A stretch of DNA of 64,000 nucleotides from an uncultured Gammaproteobacteria bacterium (GTDB lineage: Bacteria; Pseudomonadota; Gammaproteobacteria; Chromatiales; Chromatiaceae): contig CAWJRN010000018.1 in the NCBI GenBank assembly GCA_963845265.1, forward strand, positions 407,634 through 471,633. Reading direction: 5' to 3'. Every line of letters begins with the position of its first letter. The first letter of the stretch is position 1. Of this stretch, positions 53,005 to 61,384 are shown piece after piece. Made by a program: the position numbers and the translations under genes. Below the pieces are notes generated by a model. That model searched no databases, was not told where the DNA came from, and worked only from the letters and a program-made list of their open reading frames with translations.

Positions 53005-53043
53005 TCCGACATCCGGTGCGTTGAACGTGGACGACAGTCAAGC

Positions 53044-53068
53044 AAAGGGGGCTCTTTGAGCCCCCTTT
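53044..53068. terminator. Bidirectional rho-independent terminator
   Basis: AAAGGGGGCTC-ttt-GAGCCCCCTTT lies between the convergent prpF and the Cys-rich protein gene. Confidence 0.7.
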
Positions 53069-53079
53069 CGCATCATTAT

Positions 53080-53328
53080 CTACATCGACTTCTTCACTTC
53101 CTGTAACGCCTTTGCGCAGCCAACCGACATCTCCTCCTTGTGCGTCATAAGGCATTCCTTGATCTTGCCGCCGCCCGGCGCTACCCCGGGACACAGACGT
53201 GCGACGTCGGATTTGCAGTACTTCTCGAGCGCCGCCTTCTCTTTTTCGAGCTTCTCGAACATGGACTGGCCGAGTGCGCCGGCGCTAAATACTCCGAGCA
53301 GGAGAACAAGTGAGGCTCTGACAAACAT
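53080..53328 (-). CDS. Small secreted cysteine-rich-repeat protein (82 aa)
   Basis: The signal peptide is MFVRASLVLLLGVFSAGALG. One repeat has the pattern C-x2-D-x5-C-...-G-x-I-x2-C-L. GGAGAG lies upstream. Confidence 0.65.
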   Translation of the reverse strand: MFVRASLVLLLGVFSAGALGQSMFEKLEKEKAALEKYCKSDVARLCPGVAPGGGKIKECLMTHKEEMSVGCAKALQEVKKSM

Positions 53329-53439
53329 CGGATTCTCTCCTCATGGACAAGGGGTGGAGGGTGTTGAGGGCAGAGCTGCATTCCGTCCTCGTCCGCCGAC
53401 AGGGTGCCGAAGCGGCTTGACCCGATCTCACATCGTGCG

Positions 53440-53687
53440 TTTAACCTAGAAAGAGCAGTTGGACGGTCGTCAGGGTGCGTTCCGCGTGGTGTCCAGCAAG
53501 GCACAGCGAGGCGGAATAGTCATTCTATTCCAACGAGTTGTAACGCAGCTGGGCGCCGCGCGGGGCGTGCCCTGGCGGCCGTAGCGCCCTTCACCTAGCG
53601 GGTGATCCTCCAATATCTCCAGAACCCGAACAAACTCAGACGTTTGCATGTGAGGCTAAGCGGTCAACTGCTCTTTCTAGGTTTAAA
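53440..53687. mobile_element. ~250-bp MITE-like element with ~22-bp terminal inverted repeats
   Basis: The ends are TTTAACCTAGAAAGAGCAGTTG (53440-53461) and CAACTGCTCTTTCTAGGTTTAAA (53665-53687). There is an internal hairpin GGAATAGtcattCTATTCC and no ORF. Confidence 0.55.
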
Positions 53688-54098
53688 CCTGTGCCGAGAT
53701 CGTTCTCGGTCAGCGGGGCATGGATTCCCACTGAAATCGTAAGTACGCCTACCTGTCGGACGATTGAGCAGGCTCGTCGCCCTCCTTGCCCAGACTATTA
53801 GTCAGTGCCCGAGCTCGAACGCGGTCGAGGGCGGATAGGGACAGAAATTCAACAGCGCGATGAGAGAGCGGTAGTGATCGTAGACCCAGCGGGAGTGACG
53901 GACAAGCCCTTGAATAGCATGGGATACGCTCGGCTGGGACCGAGCGTAAGGGTGCGGAGGCGGGACCGGAGGCGACGCGGTTAGAGTCGCTCTGCAAGCC
54001 CCAAGTGCGAGCCGGCGAGTGCTGGGCTTGGCGAATCGTCAGGTCCGTTACCGCGCCAGACCTCCGTTAGACGTGGCTCCTCGCTCTCTAATCGGTTC

Positions 54099-54188
54099 TC
54101 ACAACGTGCCGATCCTCGCCTTCGGGCAATTCTTACAAGCCTTGCCGTCCTTGTACTTCTTGCAGCACTTGTCCTTCTTCTTGCTCAT
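54099..54188 (-). CDS. 29-aa Lys/Cys-rich peptide downstream of ferritin
   Basis: The product is MSKKKDKCCKKYKDGKACKNCPKARIGTL. GAGG lies 9 nt upstream, and the start is 23 nt after the ferritin stop. It falls below the ORF-track cut-off. Confidence 0.45.
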   Translation of the reverse strand: MSKKKDKCCKKYKDGKACKNCPKARIGTL

Positions 54189-54211
54189 GCATAGACCTCG
54201 GCGAGTTGCGA

Positions 54212-54748
54212 TCAGGCGGCGCCAACCGTCGGGCCGGTCGCGCCCGCCTGGGCCATGGTCGCGGCCATCGTGCCAAGCTCCTTATCGAGCATCAGCAGAC
54301 CCTCCGGCTTTTCGCCGAATAGCCTCAGGCGGCCCAATACTTCGCTGACCGTCGCTTCTTCCTCGATCTGCTCGGTGACAAACCACTGCAAGAAGCTGTT
54401 GGTGGCGTGGTCCTTGCTGGCCAGGGCGTGATCCACCAGGGCATGGATGGATGCGGTTACCTCGCGCTCGTGCGCCAGGGTGGCGTCCAGCATCTGCAGG
54501 ACCGTCAAGTCGCCGGCTGGCGGTGCGGCCACCGGCTGCAGGTTGACGTCGGCACCCTGGTCCTTGAGGTAGCGATACATCTTCATGGCGTGGGCCTGCT
54601 CTTCGTAGTGCTTGGCCATGAACCAGTCGCTGACCCCCTTCAGGCTGCCGGATTCGGCGTGCGACGAAAGGGCCAGGTAGAAGTATGCGGAGTACAACTC
54701 CATGTTCACCTGGGCGTTCACCCGCGCTGCCATATCGTTCGAGATCAT
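54212..54748 (-). CDS. Ferritin (non-haem, Ftn-like)
   Basis: It has ferroxidase-site contexts NMELYSAYFYL, HYEEQAHAMKMY and TLAHEREVT. There is an Ala/Gly-rich C-terminal tail. Confidence 0.88.
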   Translation of the reverse strand: MISNDMAARVNAQVNMELYSAYFYLALSSHAESGSLKGVSDWFMAKHYEEQAHAMKMYRYLKDQGADVNLQPVAAPPAGDLTVLQMLDATLAHEREVTASIHALVDHALASKDHATNSFLQWFVTEQIEEEATVSEVLGRLRLFGEKPEGLLMLDKELGTMAATMAQAGATGPTVGAA

Positions 54749-54973
54749 TGGGTCGACTCCTGGATTGCCGGCACGGCCCTATCGAGCCTCAAACGCCGGG
54801 GGTTGCAACATCTTTTCTACAGCATGACGAGCTTCGTCTCGGCATTCAACCCGGGGCGCATTGGAGGTGTTGCGACCGAATCGGTGGCCGGATTGCGACG
54901 CAGTTGGCGGTGATTGTCGAGTTTCCGACGAGCCTCCGGTCCCTCGATGCCCCGCACATGGCCGCCCGTGGCT

Positions 54974-55460
54974 TCACTTTACCTTGGCGCGGGACTTGCC
55001 TCGGAAGTATTGCAAGCAAGAGTCATGCCCGTTTGCCAGGCAACCCCCGTGGAGTGCGACCGCGGGCGGCGTAGGCGTGGTAGCCGGCCGGCGGGGAAAA
55101 ATGTAAGCGTCCGGCGACGAAGGGCCGGATGGCGTTCTCGGTGACGTCGTTGTCGAAGGGGATGTGGCCGTCTTCGAGGAAGGTGGTGAGCTGCGGCCAC
55201 AACCCCAGCGCGTAGCCGATGGCCGTGCCGAGCTGCCCCTTGGGCAGGACCCTGCCGACCTTCTCGTCGAGCCAAGCATTGGTTCTCTCCAGGATGGGGC
55301 GGCTATGGGCCTGACGTTCGGCCTTGCGCTCGTCTGCGCAGCAGGTACGCAGGCGCCGCTCCACGGCATAGAGTTGGCCGAACAGGGTGACCACTTGGTG
55401 GGCAGCGGCGGTGTTCTTGCGCCCCTCGGCGGCCTCGACGAACTTGCGCCGCACATGCGT
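54974..55460 (-). pseudogene. C-terminal remnant of an IS66-family transposase (frameshifted, 5' truncated)
   Basis: RRKFVEA...LYAVERR...LPKGQLGTAIGYALGLWPQLTTFLEDGHIPFDNDVTENAIRPFVAGR is followed, in another frame, by ...LANGHDSCLQY, which corresponds to the IS66 C-terminal ...NG.DP..YL. Confidence 0.7.
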
Positions 55461-55704
55461 TCATTGCGCGCGTCTTGACCCTCCTGGCCTCCCCATGCCA
55501 GAGGGGAGAATTGCGCCGGCTAGGCCGGATGCCGCGTCCGGAAGGCTTGCGCATCCACGTTGCCGACCTGGACCGCAATAGCAGGCACAAACAAATCCCA
55601 AGAGAAAGGCCCGGACATCGCTGTCCGAGCCTTGTAGGCCGACCCGGGGCACCTCGGCCCCCGGGGAGACCAGCGGCTTTCCTTGGAGCCGAGCGACAAC
55701 CAAT

Positions 55705-55738
55705 AAAAAGGCCCCGGACCGGTCATCCGGTCGGGGCC
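55705..55738 (-). terminator. Rho-independent terminator of the decahaem cytochrome gene
   Basis: The minus strand reads GGCCCCGACCGG-atga-CCGGTCCGGGGCC followed by TTTTT. It lies 60 nt after the stop at 55799. Confidence 0.7.
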
Positions 55739-55798
55739 TAAACAGGAGGGTTGTGGCGCCGTCCATGGCGCAATAGCAACTCTTCGCGTCGGCGAAGG

Positions 55799-58700
55799 TC
55801 AGTTGGTGGAAGTGCTGAGCCCGCGTTCCGGCCGCGAGAAGGTGTGGCAGGTGGAGCAGTCCTTGCGCTTGTCGTCCACATGCTTTTCATGGATCTTGGA
55901 GAAGCTCATGTTGTTCTCCGAGCCATGGCACTGCCGGCACACCGTGCTGGTCGGTCCCTTGAGCTGGTAGCCGAGCCCACCCTGCAGGTCCATGCGCGCC
56001 GGGCCACCGGAGAGGCTCCCATGGCAGGCACCGCAGGCCAGCGCATCGTTGCTCACCTCCACCCCGTGGTTGATGCTCTGGTAGGTATGCACGCCGACGA
56101 TTTCATAAGGATCATCGACGGCCATATCAGCGGTCTGTTCCAAACCGCTCAGGATCGCCTGCTCGAAGTTGCCGGTGCGGAAGAACTCGAAGGTGGAGTG
56201 GGCAACCAGGGTATCCGTCCTCATATTGCGCGCCACCTTGCCGAGGTGTTCCTTCATCGGCGCCAGCTTGGCATCACGGCTGCTCACGTCGCCATTGGGC
56301 ATGCCGAGCACGTAGGCCTGGCTTCCATTGGGCAGGCCAAGCGCACTCGCCTCCTGATTGCTCAAGGGGATCTGCGGCACGCCGGCCAGGGGCTCGGTCA
56401 GGTAATAGACCTCGCTGGTGCCATCGAACCACTGGTAGGTCGGGATCATGTCCGCGAGCTTGTCCTCCCGGGGCAGCCAGCCACCGCGACCGTTGCAGGC
56501 GGCTGCCGAGTAGTGCGGGTCCTCCCAGTCGCGCGAGACCTCGGTCGCCACGCCCTTGGCAAAGGTCGGGATATGACAGCTCTGGCAGGCGACGTGCTCG
56601 GCATGGGTGTCGCGCGCCGTCCCGTCACGGCTGTCGTAGTCGCCATGGGGCCGCTCACCATGGCATCCGGCGCAGGTCAGTCGCTCCGACACATCGTTCG
56701 GGCGCAGGTCCACGCCCCGACCGAGTACCCGGTGATTGCCAGCCGCATGGCAATCGGCACATACCAGGCCGGCACCACCGTCGCTCATGTGATAGTCGAT
56801 ATGGGTATCGGGAGCGATCAGCGCCGTCGACATGTCGCCGCGCTTGGTGCCATCCGCACCGCCGGCACCGGCATGGCAGTTCAGGCAGCTCTTGCGGGTG
56901 GTTGCATGCACCGTGCGAGCGGCCTCCAGCGCCGAGATGGGCATCAGTGCGGCCGGTACCCCGTCAAGGTCCGGATTGGTCGGGTCCGCGGGCACGAAGT
57001 CGAAGTCGAGCGTCACCGGATCGACGATCGGGATGCCCTCAAGGCCCGTGCGGACGATCGGCGGCGCACTCGGATCCGGCTTACCATCCGCACCCACGCT
57101 GACGATCAGCAGGTCCTCGAAGCCCAGCCCCATGGGGTCCGGGAAGCGCTTGTACTGCTCCTGATGGCACATCATGCAGTCGATGTTGGAGAGCTCCTTG
57201 AGCTGCCCCACATCGTCCAGCCCCAAGAGTTCATCCGCGGTCTTCGGGAAGCGCCCGTTGCCCACGTGGCAGCCAGCGCAGGTGAAGCGCGGACTGGTCT
57301 CATGGGCACCGCAGTAGGTATTGATACCGCTGTAGCCCAGACCAGAGGGACCGTTCCAGCGCTCGCCGGAGGGACCGTCGATATTGGTCACGTAGTCCGT
57401 GGGACCGCTCTGCTGGTAGTGGACCGATCCATGCAGGGAGCGGGCCTCGTCCTCGTGGCAGGCAACGCAGGTCTGTGGTCCGTTGTACGCATTGATGCTG
57501 GCGTGGGGATCACCAGGCACCGGGGCGGTGATCGTGACCGTCACCGAATCGCTGTTGCTGTCGGCGCCGTCGTCGTCGGTGACGACCAGCGAGAAGACAT
57601 GGCTGCCTTCGCCGAGCGTCACGGTCGGGGACTCGACGTCGTCCGGGTTCGGATTGCCGCTCCAGGTCCAGGCGACGACGCTGCCATCCGAGTCGGACGA
57701 ACCAGTGCCGTCGAGGGTCACTTCCATCGCGGTCTCACCCATCGGCAAGACCAAGGACTGATCCGTCCCGGCGTTGGCCGTCGGGGACTGGTTGACCGGC
57801 GGCGCGGCATTGACGGTGATAAGCACCGTATCTGGGGCACTGCTGGCACCGTCGTTGTCGGTGACGACCAGGGTGAAGGTGTAGGTGCCTTCCGTCAGCG
57901 TGACGGTGGGGCTGACCGTGTTGACTGGGTTCGGGTTACCGGTCCAGTTGTAGGTGGTGATGGTGCCGTCCGGATCGGACGAGCCGGTGCCGTTGAGGAT
58001 CACGGCGATGTTGGACTGTCCGGCGGCGATGGTCACCGCCTGGTCCGGTCCGGCGTTGGCCGTCGGGGACTGGTTGACGGGATCGCCGGCACTTGTCTTA
58101 GCGCCCCTGATGGCAGAGAAGCGGCTTCGGTTACCAGCGGCATCGATGGCCTTGACGCGATAGCGGTATCTGGTGCTTGCTGTCAGCCCGGTGTCGCTAT
58201 AGCTCGTGGTCGTGGTTGTGCCCACTTTGGTCGATGGCTTGCACTTCGCATCCTGGCACCGAAACACCATGTAACCGGTCACACCCCCATTGTCCGTGGA
58301 AGCCGTCCAGCTCAAATTGATCTGGCTGGACCCGGCGGCTGTCGCCACGAGGTTGGTTGGCCTCGTCGGCCGCGTCGTATCGGGGCCGAGGTTCACGGTA
58401 ACGACCACCGTATCGGTGTCACTGGCGCCGCTCGGGTCGGTCACTGTCAGGGTGAAACTATGGGTGCCTTCGCCCAGGGACACCGTCGGACTGACCTCGT
58501 CGCTCGGATTCGGCGACCCGGTCCAGCTGTAGCTGAGGGTATCGCCATCGGGATCGCTGGAGCCCATGCCATTCAGCGTAACGTCGATGGTGGTCTGTCC
58601 GGCGGCGAGAGTGCCCGTCTGGTCGGGTCCGGCGTCGGCGGTCGGAGCCTCATTGGCCGGCGGCGGGGCGGTGCGAACGGTCACCGTGGTGTTGCACTCA

Positions 58701-59020
58701 TCGTCGTTATAGGAGTCGTCCACCCTCAGCTTGGTCTCGAAGGTGCCAACCTGCGTATAACGCACGGTGGGGCTGGAGCTCGTGCTGCTGCTCGGAGTGC
58801 CCCCTTTGAGCTCCCACCGATAGGTTCCGTTAGATCCGATGCCGGTGACGGATGCGGACCAATCGACTGTCTCGCCGACATCGACCGTGGGATTCGAGGG
58901 AATGACGGCGCAGTTGGCGTCTGCCGCATAGACGCCGGGCGAAGTAAGCACAGACCCGAGGAGCATTAAGCCCGCAGGAACTCGCCAGTGTGGGTGCACC
59001 TTTGGGTGCCGATTGCTCAT
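55799..59020 (-). CDS. Secreted decahaem c-type cytochrome with N-terminal PKD-like (x4) and FN3 domains (1073 aa)
   Basis: The start is ATG 59020 with AGGAG upstream. The signal peptide is MSNRHPKVHPHWRVPAGLMLLGSVLTSPGVYAA. PKD-type repeats read (ANAGPDQ...LNGTGSSDPDG...W). The FN3 reads PTNLVATAAGSSQINLSWTAS...YRYRVKAID. There are ten CxxCH motifs: CVACH, CAGCH, CMMCH, CLNCH, CADCH, CAGCH, CQSCH, CGACH, CRQCH and CSTCH. Confidence 0.85.
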   Translation of the reverse strand: MSNRHPKVHPHWRVPAGLMLLGSVLTSPGVYAADANCAVIPSNPTVDVGETVDWSASVTGIGSNGTYRWELKGGTPSSSTSSSPTVRYTQVGTFETKLRVDDSYNDDECNTTVTVRTAPPPANEAPTADAGPDQTGTLAAGQTTIDVTLNGMGSSDPDGDTLSYSWTGSPNPSDEVSPTVSLGEGTHSFTLTVTDPSGASDTDTVVVTVNLGPDTTRPTRPTNLVATAAGSSQINLSWTASTDNGGVTGYMVFRCQDAKCKPSTKVGTTTTTSYSDTGLTASTRYRYRVKAIDAAGNRSRFSAIRGAKTSAGDPVNQSPTANAGPDQAVTIAAGQSNIAVILNGTGSSDPDGTITTYNWTGNPNPVNTVSPTVTLTEGTYTFTLVVTDNDGASSAPDTVLITVNAAPPVNQSPTANAGTDQSLVLPMGETAMEVTLDGTGSSDSDGSVVAWTWSGNPNPDDVESPTVTLGEGSHVFSLVVTDDDGADSNSDSVTVTITAPVPGDPHASINAYNGPQTCVACHEDEARSLHGSVHYQQSGPTDYVTNIDGPSGERWNGPSGLGYSGINTYCGAHETSPRFTCAGCHVGNGRFPKTADELLGLDDVGQLKELSNIDCMMCHQEQYKRFPDPMGLGFEDLLIVSVGADGKPDPSAPPIVRTGLEGIPIVDPVTLDFDFVPADPTNPDLDGVPAALMPISALEAARTVHATTRKSCLNCHAGAGGADGTKRGDMSTALIAPDTHIDYHMSDGGAGLVCADCHAAGNHRVLGRGVDLRPNDVSERLTCAGCHGERPHGDYDSRDGTARDTHAEHVACQSCHIPTFAKGVATEVSRDWEDPHYSAAACNGRGGWLPREDKLADMIPTYQWFDGTSEVYYLTEPLAGVPQIPLSNQEASALGLPNGSQAYVLGMPNGDVSSRDAKLAPMKEHLGKVARNMRTDTLVAHSTFEFFRTGNFEQAILSGLEQTADMAVDDPYEIVGVHTYQSINHGVEVSNDALACGACHGSLSGGPARMDLQGGLGYQLKGPTSTVCRQCHGSENNMSFSKIHEKHVDDKRKDCSTCHTFSRPERGLSTSTN

Positions 59021-59253
59021 GGTTCCACTCCTAATTGTTGAGTTTGCGAGCCTGTCCAGCGCACAAGCCCCAATAGGGCCGATGCGGGCAAGAATTCCGT
59101 AGGGGGACAACTCCAACCGGGAGAGATGGACATGCTCGCGAATCACCCATCGACTCCGTGCGGCCGTCTCATCAGCCTGGCTATTCCAGTTGTTGCGGCT
59201 TTTTGGAACTGAGATCTTAAGGTCAGCCGGGCTCGAAGGTCTGGTGGCTCTGT

Positions 59254-59304
59254 GCGAAACGTGCGCCATGTCCCCCTGTTACTGCGCGAAACGTGCGCGA
59301 TGTC
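59254..59304. promoter_or_regulatory. Two 19-bp direct repeats upstream of the cytochrome gene (candidate operator)
   Basis: GCGAAACGTGCGCCATGTC (59254-59272) and GCGAAACGTGCGCGATGTC (59286-59304) match at 18 of 19 positions with 32-bp spacing. They lie 235-285 nt upstream of ATG 59020. Confidence 0.3.
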
Positions 59305-59474
59305 ACACGCAACCGCGGCCAGGAGGATGGGCCAGGCGGTGTTATCGGGGAAGGTGCGGGACGGGCGGGCGATCCTCGAGGCCGGCTGCGCGGCGTCGCC
59401 TCTTGACAGGCAGCGTTCGCGTCGCCTCCCGACGCATGTCGCAGCCGCCCTCAGGAATCCGATGTCCGTACACC

Positions 59475-59507
59475 AAAAAAAGGCCCCGCCAGGGGGCCGG
59501 CGGGGCC
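59475..59507 (-). terminator. Rho-independent terminator after the small secreted protein gene
   Basis: The minus strand reads GGCCCCGCC-ggccccct-GGCGGGGCC followed by TTTTTTT. Confidence 0.7.
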
Positions 59508-59588
59508 TGAAGGATCGCGGAACCATGCGTCCCGCGAGTGGAGTGTCGGTCTCGGTGCTAGGCGGCGCCTATCCGCTCTACGCCAGGG

Positions 59589-59924
59589 TCATTTCCCACA
59601 GGCGTGCTCCCACAATTGGTAGGCGATGGTGTCTTCCTGCGCCGGAACCAGGTCGTCGGCCAGGGGCACGTCGGCCAGCGCTTCGACGCTATCCGCCGAG
59701 CCGAGCTTCTTGTACGACTGGCCCTCACAGTCGAAGAGACGCAGGGAGTAGCTGGTCGTCCCGGCGCGGACCCGCTTTACCAGCAGGGTCGGTTGCTCGG
59801 GGGTCCCGGCCTTCTCGACCACGAAATACTCCGCCTTGAGATCGTTATCGATATCGAGCGAGTACTCGTCGGCGGCGGCAGGTGTACAGGCGAGCGCAAC
59901 GAGTAAGGCAGTCATCAGGCGCAT
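59589..59924 (-). CDS. Small secreted protein (111 aa), unknown function
   Basis: AGGAG lies 7 nt upstream of ATG 59924. The signal peptide is MRLMTALLVALACTPAAA. The mature part has two Cys residues (LFDCEG...WEHACGK). Confidence 0.55.
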   Translation of the reverse strand: MRLMTALLVALACTPAAADEYSLDIDNDLKAEYFVVEKAGTPEQPTLLVKRVRAGTTSYSLRLFDCEGQSYKKLGSADSVEALADVPLADDLVPAQEDTIAYQLWEHACGK

Positions 59925-61357
59925 CGGTTTCTCCTTTCGGCGATACATGAGATTTCGAGGGTAATGGACAACGAGACAGTGGGCGAAAATCTTATCGGGA
60001 CTCCGGCTTGGCGATTCGACGCCCCGCCCTGGGGGAAAAAGGCCCACCTCGCTCGCGTGCACCTCCGGTTCGGCAAAGCGCTTGTTGGTTGGCACGATCG
60101 GCGTGGCCTTGGCATCGTCGTCGCGGTAGGCCTGGCGCAGACGGATGTTGTCAGTGTTGCCATTGGTGTCCGCCGTGTTGACCAGTAGGTTGTTACCCGT
60201 CAGACGGTTGTTAACGTCACCCGTATGGCAGGACCCGCAACCCGGCTCGTTGGCCCAGGGCACGCGCGGCTGGCTGCTGCCGGGCGTGTAGAAGTTCCCC
60301 TGGTCGAGGACGAAGGCACCCGGGCTGGTCGGCGAGACCCCCGCGGAGAAGTCCGCACCCACCTGGAGCATGCTGCTGTGGCAGTCGCTGCACAGCATGT
60401 CGCCGTTGAACATGGCGCCACGCAGGCACTGCACGTTGGTGCCCGGATGACACTGGTAGCAGCTGTTCTCCAAAGCCGTCAGGCGGGCAGGCTGGTTGGT
60501 GACGACTCCCCCTGCGTTATGGGTCGGTGCCGGGATGTTGCGGAACATCGCCACGCCATTCCGGCCCCGGGCCGTGATGGTGCCATGGTTGTTGTGCATC
60601 ACCCGCGAGTTGCTCTGGTGCGCCACCTGGTTGCGCCCGTTGGCCTCCGATCCGGCGGGGCCGGCCTTCGGACCGACGTGTGCACGGTCCAGTGCCGGCG
60701 TGCAGTGGCAGGTCTGACAGACCGCCGGTTGGTTCAACACCAGGGCCTTGTAGGTCAGGCAGCTGTCATCGCCGTCGCCGCTGTTGGCCGCGTTCTTGGC
60801 CTGCACCCGCACCAGCGGATAGGCGTTCTCGCGGCCGTTGTCGTCATAGGCGGCGAACGGCACGCCCGCGCCCTCGAACCAGTTGACATCGGCACCGGCA
60901 GGCCCGTGTCCGCAGTCACCGGGAAGGCACCGGTGGCCAACAGGGTGATTCCCATGCCGCCGGGATAGAACGGGTCGTAAGTACCAGCGGCAACACCGTC
61001 CCAGAAGTTGGTCTTGTAGGTGTAGCCGTCGGCCCTCACGCCGTCGAACACGTCCTGAGTCAAGATCGGGTCGTTCGGGTTGGCGGCGGCCGAATAGGCC
61101 ACGCTCACCCCGGCCGGGTTGAGGGTCGGCGTAGCACCCTTCTGAATGACCTGGGCCAGCAGCACCTGGAACGGCGGCAAGATGCTGGAGATACGAGTAT
61201 CCAGATCACCGCAGTGCATGCCGAGGTCGTTGATCGCCAGCACGCTGTAGCTGGTGTTGGCCACCTTGGCCTGCTGGGCGACCGCCGTGTCCGGGCAGCC
61301 GTCCTGGCTGGTGGAGTTGATCGACACGTTCAGGTTCGACGGGTTACAAGCCTGCAT
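59925..61357 (-). pseudogene. Decayed multihaem cytochrome gene (4 CxxCH): no signal peptide or RBS, internal frameshift, no own stop
   Basis: ORF 60755..61357 and ORF 59589..60863 join by a 1-nt shift near 60864-60885 (...ADTGLPVP|DVNWFEGAGVPFAAYDDNG...). It contains CQTCH, CYQCH, CSDCH and CGSCH. It begins 27 nt after the kinase stop and runs open into the next gene. Confidence 0.6.
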
Positions 61358-61384
61358 AGCAGGATTGACGGTGATAACAACCGT

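Noticed and set aside
48391-53608. Additional TGATCC hexamers (48391-48396, 53603-53608) considered as further sigma-E promoters
   Set aside because: Neither has CGTA 16 nt downstream. The first lies inside a REP palindrome and the second inside the MITE.
53700-53900. Possible C-terminal tail of an rve-type (IS3/IS481) transposase on the minus strand (RWVYDHYRSLIALLNFCPYPPSTAFE)
   Set aside because: It bears only a loose resemblance to the W..YN..RPHSAL...P motif. It is too short and too degenerate to call without a database search.
55751-58969. 1072-aa plus-strand ORF, the longest in the window
   Set aside because: It is the mirror frame of the minus-strand cytochrome gene. Its product is Gly/Arg/Ala/His-rich low-complexity sequence with no motifs, RBS or signal. 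The minus frame, by contrast, carries ten CxxCH motifs and PKD/FN3 repeats. This is a typical antisense-ORF artefact of GC-rich DNA.
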